Assembly: GCA_964016885.1 (NCBI GenBank) | Contig: CAXHJY010000898.1 | Location: 434,001 to 498,000, forward strand | Source of the DNA: Eledone cirrhosa | Lineage: Eukaryota | Direction: 5' to 3' | DNA: 64,000 nt | Part shown: one piece after another, positions 11,401 to 23,200 of the stretch | How the letters are laid out: each line of letters opens with the position of its first letter | How positions within the stretch are numbered: the first letter of the stretch is position 1 | Translations under genes and position numbers: made by a program | The notes under the pieces: generated by a model | Told to the model about the DNA's origin: nothing | Seen by the model: only the letters and a program-made list of their open reading frames with translations | The model's database searches: none

Positions 11401-14400
11401 CTTAGCTTAGGATAGCTTAGGATAGCTTAGCTTAGGATAGCTTAGCTTAGGATAGCTTAGGATAGCTTAGCTTAGCTTAGCTTAGGATAGCTTAGCTTAG
11501 CTTAGCTTAGGATAGCTTAGCTTAGCTTAGGATTGCTTAGCTTAGCTTAGCTTAGGATAGCTTAGGATAGCTTAGCTTAGGATAGCTTAGCTTAGGATAG
11601 CTTAGGATAGCTTAGGATAGCTTAGCTTAGCTTAGCTTAGGATAGCTTAGCTTAGCTTAGCTTAGGATAGCTTAGCTTAGCTTAGCTTAGGATAGCTTAG
11701 CTTAGCTTAGGATAGCTTAGCTTAGCTTAGCTTAGGATAGCTTAGCTTAGCTTAGCTTAGGACAGCTTAGCTTAGCTTAGCTTAGGATAGCTTAGCTTAG
11801 CTTAGGATAGCTTAGCTTAGCTTAGCTTAGGATAGCTTAGCTTAGGATAGCTTAGCTTAGGATAGCTTAGCTTGGGTTAGCTTAGCTTAGCTTAGCTTAG
11901 GATAGCTTAGGATAGCTTAGCTTAGGATAGCTTAGCTTAGCTTAGCTTAGGATAGCTTAGCTTAGCTTAGCTTAGGATAGCTTAGCTTAGCTTAGCTTAG
12001 GATAGCTTAGCTTAGCTTAGCTTAGGATAGCTTAGCTTAGGATAGCTTAGGATAGCTTAGCTTAGCTTAGCTTAGGATAGCTTAGCTTAGCTTAGCTTAG
12101 GATAGCTTAGCTTAGCTTAGGATAGCTTAGCTTAGCTTAGCTTAGGATAGCTTAGCTTAGCTTAGCTTAGGATAGCTTAGCTTAGCTTAGCTTAGGATAG
12201 CTTAGGATAGCTTAGGATAGCTTAGCTTAGCTTAGCTTAGGATAGCTTAGCTTAGCTTAGCTTAGGATAGCTTAGCTTAGCTTAGCTTAGGATAGCTTAG
12301 CTTAGCTTAGGATAGCTTAGCTTAGCTTAGGATAGCTTAGCTTAGCTTAGCTTAGGATAGCTTAGCTTAGCTTAGCTTAGGATAGCTTAGCTTAGCTTAG
12401 CTTAGGATAGCTTAGCTTAGCTTAGGATAGCTTAGCTTAGCTTAGCTTAGGATAGCTTAGCTTAGCTTAGCTTAGGATAGCTTAGCTTAGCTTAGCTTAG
12501 GATAGATTAGCTTAGCTTAGGATAGCTTAGCTTAGCTTAGCTTAGGAAAGCTTAGCTTAGCTTAGGATAGCTTAGCTTAGCTTAGCTTAGGATAGCTTAG
12601 GATAGCTTAGCTTAGGATAGCTTAGGATAGCTTAGCTTAGGATAGCTTAGGATAGCTTAGGTTAGGGTAGCTTAGCTTAGGATAGCTTAGGATAGCTTAG
12701 CTTAGGATAGCTTAGGATAGCTTAGCTTAGGATAGCTTAGGATAGCTTAGCTTAGGATAGCTTAGCTTAGGATAGCTTAGGAAAGCTTAGCTTAGCTTAG
12801 CTTAGGATAGCTTAGCTTAGCTTAGCTTAGGATAGCTTAGCTTAGCTTAGCTTAGGATAGCTTAGGATAGCTTAGCTTAGGATAGCTTAGGATAGCTTAG
12901 CTTAGGATAGCTTAGCTTAGGATAGCTTAGCTTAGGATAGCTTAGGATAGCTTAGCTTAGGATAGCTTAGGATAGCTTAGCTTAGGATAGCTTAGCTTAG
13001 GATAGCTTAGGATAGCTTAGCTTAGCTTAGCTTAGGATAGCTTAGCTTAGCTTAGCTTAGGATAGCTTAGCTTAGCTTAGCTTAGCTTAGCTTAGCTTAG
13101 GATAGCTTAGGATAGCTTAGCTTAGGATAGCTTAGGATAGCTTAGCTTAGGATAGCTTAGCTTAGGATAGCTTAGCTTAGCTTAGCTTAGGATAGCTTAG
13201 CTTAGGATAGCTTAGGATAGCTTAGCTTAGGATAGCTTAGCTTAGGATAGCTTAGGATAGCTTAGCTTAGCTTAGCTTAGGATAGCTTAGCTTAGCTTAG
13301 CTTAGGATAGCTTAGCTTAGGATAGCTTAGCTTAGCTTAGCTTAGGATAGCTTAGCTTAGCTTAGCTTAGGATAGCTTAGCTTAGGATAGCTTAGGATAG
13401 CTTAGCTTAGCTTAGCTTAGGATAGCTTAGCTTAGCTTAGCTTAGGATAGCTTAGCTTAGCTTAGGATAGCTTAGCTTAGCTTAGCTTAGGATAGCTTAG
13501 CCTAGCTTAGCTTAGGATAGCTTAGCTTAGCTTAGCTTAGGATAGCTTAGCTTAGGATAGCTTAGGATAGCTTAGCTTAGCTTAGCTTAGGATAGCTTAG
13601 CTTAGCTTAGGATAGCTTAGCTTAGCTTAGGATAGCTTAGCTTAGCTTAGCTTAGGATAGCTTAGCTTAGCTTAGCTTAGGATAGCTTAGCTTAGGTTAG
13701 CTTAGGATAGCTTAGGATAGCTTAGGATAGCTTAGCTTAGCTTAGCTTAGCTTAGGATAGCTTAACTTAGCTTAGGATAGCTTAGCTTAGCTTAGCTTAG
13801 GATAGCTTAGCTTAGCTTAGCTTAGGATAGCTTAGCTTAGCTTAGCTTAGGATAGCTTAGCTTAGCTTAGCTTAGGATAGCTTAGCTTAGCTTAGGATAG
13901 CTTAGCTTAGCTTAGCTTAGAATAGCTTAGCTTAGGATAGCTTAGCTTAGGATAGCTTAGGATAGCTTAGCTTAGGATAGCTTAGGATAGCTTAGCTTAG
14001 GATAGCTTAGCTTAGCTTAGCTTAGGATAGCTTAGCTTAGCTTAGGATAGCTTAGCTTAGCTTAGCTTAGGATAGCTTAGCTTAGGATAGCTTAGGAAAG
14101 CTTAGCTTAGCTTAGCTTAGCTTAGCTTAGCTTAGCTTAGCTTAGGATAGCTTAGCTTAGCTTAGGATAGTTTAGCTTAGCTTAGCTTAGGATAGCTTAG
14201 CTTAGCTTAGCTTAGGATAGCTTAGCTTAGCTTAGCTTAGGATAGCTTAGCTTAGCTTAGGATAGCTTAGCTTAGCTTAGCTTAGGATAGCTTAGCTTAG
14301 CTTAGGATAGCTTAGCTTAGCTTAGCTTAGGATAGCTTAGCTTAGCTTAGCTTAGGATAGCTTAGCTTAGGATAGCTTAGCTTAGCTTAGGATAGCTTAG

Positions 14401-17200
14401 CTTAGCTTAGCTTAGGATAGCTTAGCTTAGCTTAGCTTAGGATAGCTTAGCTTAGCTTAGCTTAGTATAGCTTAGCTTAGCTTAGCTTAGGATAGCTTAG
14501 CTTAGCTTAGCTTAGGATAGCTTAGCTTAGCTTAGCTTAGGATAGCTTAGCTTAGCTTAGCTTAGGATAGCTTAGCTTAGCTTAGCTTAGGATAGCTTAG
14601 CTTAGCTTGGCTTAGGATAGCTTAGCTTAGCTTGGCTTAGGATAGCTTAGCTTAGCTTAGCTTAGGATAGCTTAGCTTAGCTTAGCTTAGCTTAGCTTAG
14701 CTTAGGATAGCTTAGCTTAGCTTAGCTTAGCTTAGGATAGCTTAGCTTAGCTTAGCTTAGCTTAGGATAGCTTAGCTTAGCTTAGCTTAGCTTAGCTTAG
14801 GATAGCTTAGCTTAGCTTAGCTTAGGATAGCTTAGCTTAGTTTAGGATAGCTTAGCTTAGCTTAGCTTAGGATAGCTTAGGATAGCTTAGCTTAGGATAG
14901 CTTAGGATAGCTTAGCTTAGGATAGCTTAGGATAGCTTAGGTTAGGATAGCTTAGCTTAGGATAGCTTAGGATAGCTTAGCTTAGGATAGCTTAGGATAG
15001 CTTAGCTTAGGATAGCTTAGGATAGCTTAGCTTAGAATAGCTTAGCTTAGGATAGCTTAGGAAAGCTTAGCTTAGCTTAGCTTAGGATAGCTTAGCTTAG
15101 CTTAGCTTAGGATAGCTTAGCTTAGCTTAGCTTAGGATAGCTTAGGATAGCTTAGCTTAGGATAGCTTAGGATAGCTTAGCTTTGGATAGCTTAGCTTAG
15201 GAGAGCTTAGCTTAGGATAGCTTAGGATAGCTTAGCTTAGGATAGCTTAGGATAGCTTAGCTTAGGATAGCTTAGCTTAGGATAGCTTAGGATAGCTTAG
15301 CTTAGCTTAGCTTAGGATAGCTTAGCTTAGCTTAGCTTAGCTTAGGATAGCTTAGCTTAGCTTAGCTTAGCTTAGGATAGCTTAGCTTAGCTTAGGATAG
15401 CTTAGGATAGCTTAGCTTAGGATAGCTTAGGATAGCTTAGCTTAGGATAGCTTAGGATAGCTTAGCTTAGGATAGCTTAGGATAGCTTAGCTTAGGATAG
15501 CTTAGCTTAGGATAGCTTAGCTTAGCTTAGCTTAGGATAGCTTAGCTTAGGATAGCTTAGGATAGCTTAGCTTAGGATAGCTTAGCTTAGGATAGCTTAG
15601 GATAGCTTAGCTTAGCTTAGCTTAGGATAGCTTAGCTTAGCTTAGCTTAGGATAGCTTAGCTTAGCTTAGGATAGCTTAGCTTAGCTTAGCTTAGGATAG
15701 CTTAGCTTAGCTTAGCTTAGGATAGCTTAGCTTAGCTTAGCTTAGGATAGCTTAGCTTAGCTTAGGATAGCTCAGCTTAGCTTAGCTTAGGAAAGCTTAG
15801 CTTAGCTTAGCTTAGGATAGCTTAGCTTAGGATAGCTTAGCTTAGGATAGCTTAGCTTAGGTTAGCTTAGCTTAGCTTAGCTTAGGATAGCTTAGGATAG
15901 CTTAGCTTAGGATAGCTTAGCTTAGCTTAGCTTAGGATAGCTTAGCTTAGCTTAGCTTAGGATAGCTTAGCTTAGCTTAGCTTAGGATAGCTTAGCTTAG
16001 GATAGCTTAGGATAGCTTAGCTTAGCTTAGCTTAGGATAGTTTAGCTTAGCTTAGCTTAGGATAGCTTAGCTTAGCTTAGCTTAGGATAGCTTAGCTTAG
16101 CTTAGCTTAGGATAGCTTAGCTTAGGTTAGCTTAGGATAGCTTAGGATAGCTTAGCTTAGGATAGCTTAGGATAGCTTAGCTTAGGATAGCTTAGCTTAG
16201 GATAGCTTAGCTTAGGATAGCTTAGGATAGCTTAGGATAGCTTAGCTTAGCTTAGCTTAGCTTAGGATAGCTTAACTTAGCTTAGGATAGCTTAGCTTAG
16301 CTTAGCTTAGGATAGCTTAGCTTAGCTTAGCTTAGGATAGCTTAGCTTAGCTTAGCTGAGGATAGCTTAGCTTAGCTTAGCTTAGGATAGCTTAGCTTAG
16401 CTTAGCTTAGGATAGCTTAGCTTAGCTTAGCTTAGAATAGCTTAGCTTAGGATAGCTTAGCTTAGGATAGCTTAGGATAGCTTAGCTTAGGATAGCTTAG
16501 GATAGCTTAGCTTAGGATAGCTTAGCTTAGCTTAGCTTAGGATAGCTTAGCTTAGCTTAGGATAGCTTAGCTTAGCTTAGCTTAGGATAGCTTAGCTTAG
16601 GATAGCTTAGGAAAGCTTAGCTTAGCTTAGCTTAGCTTAGCTTAGCTTAGCTTAGCTTAGGATAGCTTAGCTTAGCTTAGGATAGTTTAGCTTAGCTTAG
16701 CTTAGGATAGCTTAGCTTAGCTTAGCTTAGGATAGCTTAGCTTAGCTTAGCTTAGGATAGCTTAGCTTAGCTTAGGATAGCTTAGCTTAGCTTAGCTTAG
16801 GATAGCTTAGCTTAGCTTAGGATAGCTTAGCTTAGCTTAGCTTAGGATAGCTTAGCTTAGCTTAGCTTAGGATAGCTTAGCTTAGGATAGCTTAGCTTAG
16901 CTTAGGATAGCTTAGCTTAGCTTAGCTTAGGATAGCTTAGCTTAGCTTAGCTTAGGATAGCTTAGCTTAGCTTAGCTTAGTATAGCTTAGCTTAGCTTAG
17001 CTTAGGATAGCTTAGCTTAGCTTAGCTTAGGATAGCTTAGCTTAGCTTAGCTTAGGATAGCTTAGCTTAGCTTAGCTTAGGATAGCTTAGCTTAGCTTAG
17101 CTTAGGATAGCTTAGCTTAGCTTGGCTTAGGATAGCTTAGCTTAGCTTGGCTTAGGATAGCTTAGCTTAGCTTAGCTTAGGATAGCTTAGCTTAGGATAG
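5430..17200 (+). repeat. Copy 1 of ~11.8-kb tandem higher-order duplication
   Basis: Markers recur +11,750 to +11,796 bp downstream: CTCAG 6175/17971, GTAG 6940/18736 and 6974/18770, CTTAC 7118/18914, 7863/19659 and 11121/22916, GTTAG-GGTAG 12661/24431, TATAG 14466/26241, CTTAA 16271/28036. Confidence 0.88.
6180..6740 (+). repeat. 280-bp tandem duplication (also at ~17,980-18,540)
   Basis: GTTAG 6210/6490 and CTTTG 6415/6695 are both 280 bp apart; likewise 18006/18286 and 18211/18491. Confidence 0.85.
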
Positions 17201-20200
17201 CTTAGCTTAGGATAGCTTAGGATAGCTTAGCTTAGAATAGCTTAGCTTAGGATAGCTTAGGAAAGCTTAGCTTAGCTTAGCTTAGGATAGCTTAGCTTAG
17301 CTTAGCTTAGGATAGCTTAGCTTAGCTTAGCTTAGGATAGCTTAGGATAGCTTAGCTTAGGATAGCTTAGGATAGCTTAGCTTTGGATAGCTTAGCTTAG
17401 GAGAGCTTAGCTTAGGATAGCTTAGGATAGCTTAGCTTAGGATAGCTTAGGATAGCTTAGCTTAGGATAGCTTAGCTTAGGATAGCTTAGGATAGCTTAG
17501 CTTAGCTTAGCTTAGGATAGCTTAGCTTAGCTTAGCTTAGGATAGCTTAGCTTAGCTTAGCTTAGCTTAGGATAGCTTAGCTTAGCTTAGCTTAGGATAG
17601 CTTAGGATAGCTTAGCTTAGGATAGCTTAGGATAGCTTAGCTTAGGATAGCTTAGGATAGCTTAGCTTAGGATAGCTTAGGATAGCTTAGCTTAGGATAG
17701 CTTAGCTTAGGATAGCTTAGCTTAGCTTAGCTTAGGATAGCTTAGCTTAGGATAGCTTAGGATAGCTTAGCTTAGGATAGCTTAGCTTAGGATAGCTTAG
17801 GATAGCTTAGCTTAGCTTAGCTTAGGATAGCTTAGCTTAGCTTAGCTTAGGATAGCTTAGCTTAGCTTAGGATAGCTTAGCTTAGCTTAGCTTAGGATAG
17901 CTTAGCTTAGCTTAGCTTAGGATAGCTTAGCTTAGCTTAGCTTAGGATAGCTTAGCTTAGCTTAGGATAGCTCAGCTTAGCTTAGCTTAGGATAGCTTAG
18001 CTTAGGTTAGCTTAGGATAGCTTAGGATAGCTTAGGATAGCTTAGCTTAGCTTAGCTTAGGATAGCTTAGCTTAGCTTAGCTTAGGATAGCTTAGCTTAG
18101 CTTAGCTTAGGATAGCTTAGCTTAGCTTAGGATAGCTTAGCTTAGCTTAGCTTAGGATAGCTTAGCTTAGCTTAGGATAGCTTAGCTTAGCTTAGCTTAG
18201 GATAGCTTAGCTTTGCTTAGGATAGCTTAGCTTAGCTTAGCTTAGGATAGCTTAGCTTAGCTTAGCTTAGGATAGCTTAGCTTAGGTTAGCTTAGGATAG
18301 CTTAGGATAGCTTAGGATAGCTTAGCTTAGCTTAGCTTAGGATAGCTTAGCTTAGCTTAGCTTAGGATAGCTTAGCTTAGCTTAGCTTAGGATAGCTTAG
18401 CTTAGCTTAGGATAGCTTAGCTTAGCTTAGCTTAGGATAGCTTAGCTTAGCTTAGGATAGCTTAGTTTAGCTTAGCTTAGGATAGCTTAGCTTTGCTTAG
18501 GATAGCTTAGCTTAGCTTAGCTTAGGATAGCTTAGCTTAGCTTAGCTTAGGATAGCTTAGCTTAGCTTAGCTTAGGATAGATTAGCTTAGCTTAGGATAG
18601 CTTAGCTTAGCTTAGCTTAGGAAAGCTTAGCTTAGCTTAGGATAGCTTAGCTTAGCTTAGCTTAGGAGAGCTTAGCTTAGCTTAGGATAGCTTAGCTTAG
18701 CTTAGCTTAGGATAGCTTAGCTTAGCTTAGCTTAGGTAGCTTAGCTTAGCTTAGCTTAGGATAGCTTAGGTAGCTTAGCTTAGCTTAGCTTAGGATAGCT
18801 TAGCTTAGCTTAGCTTAGCTTAGGATAGCTTAGCTTAGCTTAGCTTAGGATAGCTTAGCTTAGCTTAGCTTAGGATAGCTTAGGATAGCTTAGCTTAGGA
18901 TAGCTTAGGATAGCTTACCTTAGGAGAGCTTAGCTTAGGATAGCTTAGCTTAGGATAGCTTAGGATAGCTTAGCTTAGGATAGCTTAGCTTAGGATAGCT
19001 TAGCTTAGGATAGCTTAGGATAGCTTAGCTTAGCTTAGCTTAGGATAGCTTAGCTTAGCTTAGCTTAGGATAGCTTAGCTTAGGTTAGCTTAGCTTAGCT
19101 TAGCTTAGGATAGCTTAGCTTAGGATAGCTTAGGATAGCTTAGCTTAGGATAGCTTAGCTTAGGATAGCTTAGCTTAGCTTTGCTTAGGATAGCTTAGCT
19201 TAGCTTAGCTTAGGATAGCTTAGCTTAGCTTAGCTTAGGATAGCTTAGCTTAGCTTAGCTTAGGATAGCTTAGCTTAGCTTAGCTTAGGATAGCTTAGCT
19301 TAGGATAGCTTAGCTTAGCTTAGCTTAGGATCGCTTAGCTTAGCTTAGCTTAGGATAGCTTAGCTTAGCTTAGGATAGCTTAGCTTAGCTTAGCTTAGGA
19401 TAGCTTAGCTTAGCTTAGGATAGCTTAGGATAGCTTAGCTTAGGAGAGCTTAGCTTAGCTTAGCTTAGGATAGCTTAGCTTAGCTTAGCTTAGGATAGCT
19501 TAGCTTAACTTAGCTTAGGATAGCTTAGCTTAGCTTAACTTAGGATAGCTTAGCTTAGCTTAGCTTAGGATAGCTTAGCTTAGCTTAGCTTAGGATAGCT
19601 TAGCTTAGCTTAGCTTAGGATAGCTTAGGATAGCTTAGCTTAGGATAGCTTAGGATAGCTTACCTTAGGAGAGCTTAGCTTAGGATAGCTTAGCTTAGGA
19701 TAGCTTAGGATAGCTTAGCTTAGGATAGCTTAGCTTAGGATAGCTTAGCTTAGGATAGCTTAGGATAGCTTAGCTTAGCTTAGCTTAGGATAGCTTAGCT
19801 TAGCTTAGCTTAGGATAGCTTAGCTTAGCTTAGCTTAGGATAGCTTAGCTTAGCTTAGCTTAGGATAGCTTAGGATAGCTTAGCTTAGGATAGCTTAGGA
19901 TAGCTTAGCTTAGGATAGCTTAGGATAGCTTAGCTTAGGATAGCTTAGCTTAGGATAGCTTAGCTTAGGATAGCTTAGGATAGCTTAGCTTAGGATAGCT
20001 TAGGATAGCTTAGCTTAGGATAGCTTAGCTTAGGATAGCTTAGGATAGCTTAGCTTAACTTAGCTTAGGATAGCTTAGCTTAGCTTAGCTTAGGATAGCT
20101 TAGCTTAGCTTAGCTTAGGATAGCTTAGCTTAGCTTAGCTTAGGATAGCTTAGGATAGCTTAGCTTAGGATAGCTTAGGATAGCTTAGCTTAGGATAGCT

Positions 20201-23200
20201 TAGCTTAGCTTAGCTTAGGATAGCTTAGCTTAGCTTAGCTTAGAATAGCTTAGCTTAGGATAGCTTAGCTTAGGATAGCTTAGCTTAGGATAGCTTAGCT
20301 TAGGATAGCTTAGGATAGCTTAGCTTAGGATAGCTTAGGATAGCTTAGCTTAGGATAGCTTAGCTTAGCTTAGCTTAGGATAGCTTAGCTTAGCTTAGGA
20401 TAGCTTAGCTTAGCTTAGCTTAGGATAGCTTAGCTTAGGATAGCTTAGGAAAGCTTAGCTTAGCTTAGCTTAGGATAGCTTAGCTTAGCTTAGCTTAGGA
20501 TAGCTTAGCTTAGCTTAGGATAGCTTAGCTTAGCTTAGCTTAGGATAGCTTAGCTTAGCTTAGTTTAGGATAGCTTAGCTTAGCTTAGCTTAGGATAGCT
20601 TAGCTTGGCTTAGCTTAGGATAGCTTAGCTTAGCTTAGCTTAGGATAGCTTAGCTTAGGATAGCTTAGCTTAGCTTAGCTTAGGATAGCTTAGCTTAGCT
20701 TAGCTTAGGATAGCTTAGCTTAGGATAGCTTAGCTTAGCTTAGCTTAGGATAGCTTAGCATAGCTTAGCTTAGGATAGCTTAGCTTAGCTTAGCTTAGGA
20801 TAGCTTAGCTTAGCTTAGGATAGCTTAGCTTAGCTTAGCTTAGGATAGCTTAGCTTAGCTTAGCTTAGGATAGCTTAGCTTAGCTTAGCTTAGGATAGCT
20901 TAGCATAGCTTAGCTTAGGATAGCTTAGCTTAGCTTAGCTTAGGATAGCTTAGCTTAGCTTAGGATAGCTTAGCTTAGCTTGGCTTAGGATAGCTTAGCT
21001 TAGCTTGGCTTAGGTAGCTTAGCTTAGCTTAGCTTAGGATAGCTTAGCTTAGGATAGCTTAGGATAGCTTAGCTTAGCTTAGCTTAGGATAGCTTAGGAT
21101 AGCTTAGCTTAGGATAGCTTAGGATAGCTTAGCTTAGGATAGCTTAGGATAGCTTAGCTTAGGATAGCTTAGGATAGCTTAGGTTAGGATAGCTTAGCTT
21201 AGGATAGCTTAGGATAGCTTAGCTTAGGATAGCTTAGGATAGCTTAGCTTAGGATAGCTTAGGATAGCTTAGCTTAGGATAGCTTAGCTTAGGATAGCTT
21301 AGGAAAGCTTAGCTTAGCTTAGCTTAGGATAGCTTAGCTTAGCTTAGCTTAGGATAGCTTAGGATAGCTTAGCTTAGGATAGCTTAGGATAGCTTAGCTT
21401 AGGATAGCTTAGCTTAGGATAGCTTAGCTTAGGATAGCTTAGGATAGCTTAGCTTAGGATAGCTTAGGATAGCTTAGCTTAGGTAGCTTAGCTTAGGATA
21501 GCTTAGGATAGCTTAGCTTAGCTTAGCTTAGGATAGCTTAGCTTAGCTTAGGATAGCTTAGCTTAGCTTAGCTTAGCTTAGGATAGCTTAGCTTAGCTTA
21601 GGATAGCTTAGGATAGCTTAGCTTAGGATAGCTTAGGATAGCTTAGCTTAGGATAGCTTAGGATAGCTTAGCTTAGGATAGCTTAGGATAGCTTAGCTTA
21701 GGATAGCTTAGCTTAGGAGAGCTTAGCTTAGCTTAGCTTAGGATAGCTTAGCTTAGGATAGCTTAGGATATCTTAGGTTAGGATAGCTTAGCTTAGGATA
21801 GCTTAGGATAGATTAGCTTAGCTTAGCTTAGGATAGCTTAGCTTAGCTTAGCTTAGGATAGCTTAGCTTAGCTTAGGATAGCTTAGCTTAGCTTAGCTTA
21901 GGATAGCTTAGCTTAGCTTAGCTTAGGATAGCTTAGCTTAGCTTAGGATAGCTTAGCTTAGCTTAGCTTAGGATAGCTTAGCTTAGCTTAGCTTAGGATA
22001 GCTTAGCTTAGGATAGCTTAGCTTAGGATAGCTTAGCTTAGGTTAGCTTAGCTTAGCTTAGCTTAGGATAGCTTAGGATAGCTTAGCTTAGGATAACTTA
22101 GCTTAGCTTAGCTTAGGATAGCTTAGCTTAGCTTAGCTTAGGATAGCTTAGCTTAGCTTAGCTTAGGATAGCTTAGCTTAGGATAGCTTAGGATTGCTTA
22201 GCTTAGCTTAGCTTAGGATAGCTTAGCTTAGCTTAGCTTAGGATAGCTTAGCTTAGCTTAGGATAGCTTAGCTTAGCTTAGCTTAGGATAGCTTAGCTTA
22301 GCTTAGGATAGCTTAGCTTAGCTTAGCTTAGGATAGCTTAGCTTAGCTTAGCTTAGGATAGCTTAGCTTAGCTTAGCTTAGGATAGCTTAGGATAGCTTA
22401 GGATAGCTTAGCTTAGCTTAGCTTAGGATAGCTTAGCTTAGCTTAGGATAGCTTAGCTTAGCTTAGCTTAGGATAGCTTAGCTTAGCTTAGGATAGCTTA
22501 GCTTAGCTTAGCTTAGGATAGCTTAGCTTAGCTTAGCTTAGGATAGCTTAGCTTAGCTTAGCTTAGGATAGCTTAGCTTAGCTTAGCTTAGGATAGCTTA
22601 GCTTAGCTTAGCTTAGGATAGATTAGCTTAGCTTAGGATAGCTTAGCTTAGCTTAGCTTAGGAAAGCTTAGCTTAGCTTAGGATAGCTTAGCTTAGCTTA
22701 GCTTAGGAGAGCTTAGCTTAGCTTAGCTTAGGATAGCTTAGCTTAGCTTAGGATAGCTTAGCTTAGCTTAGGTAGCTTAGCTTAGCTTAGCTTAGGATAG
22801 CTTAGCTTAGCTTAGCTTAGCTTAGGATAGCTTAGCTTAGCTTAGCTTAGGAGAGCTTAGCTTAGCTTAGCTTAGGATAGCTTAGGATAGCTTAGCTTAG
22901 GATAGCTTAGGATAGCTTACCTTAGGAGAGCTTAGCTTAGGATAGCTTAGCTTAGGATAGCTTAGGATAGCTTAGCTTAGGATAGCTTAGCTTAGGATAG
23001 CTTAGCTTAGGATAGCTTAGGATAGCTTAGCTTAGCTTAGCTTAGGATAGCTTAGCTTAGCTTAGCTTAGGATAGCTTAGCTTAGGTTAGCTTAGCTTAG
23101 CTTAGCTTAGCTTAGGATAGCTTAGCTTAGGATAGCTTAGGATAGCTTAGGATAGCTTAGCTTAGGATAGCTTAGCTTAGGATAGCTTAGGATAGCTTAG

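Noticed and set aside
12656-12670. TTAGGG vertebrate telomere motif or G-quadruplex at GTTAG-GGTAG (also 24431, 55761)
   Set aside because: It is one isolated hexamer created by a point variant and copied by block duplication. There are no clustered GGG runs.
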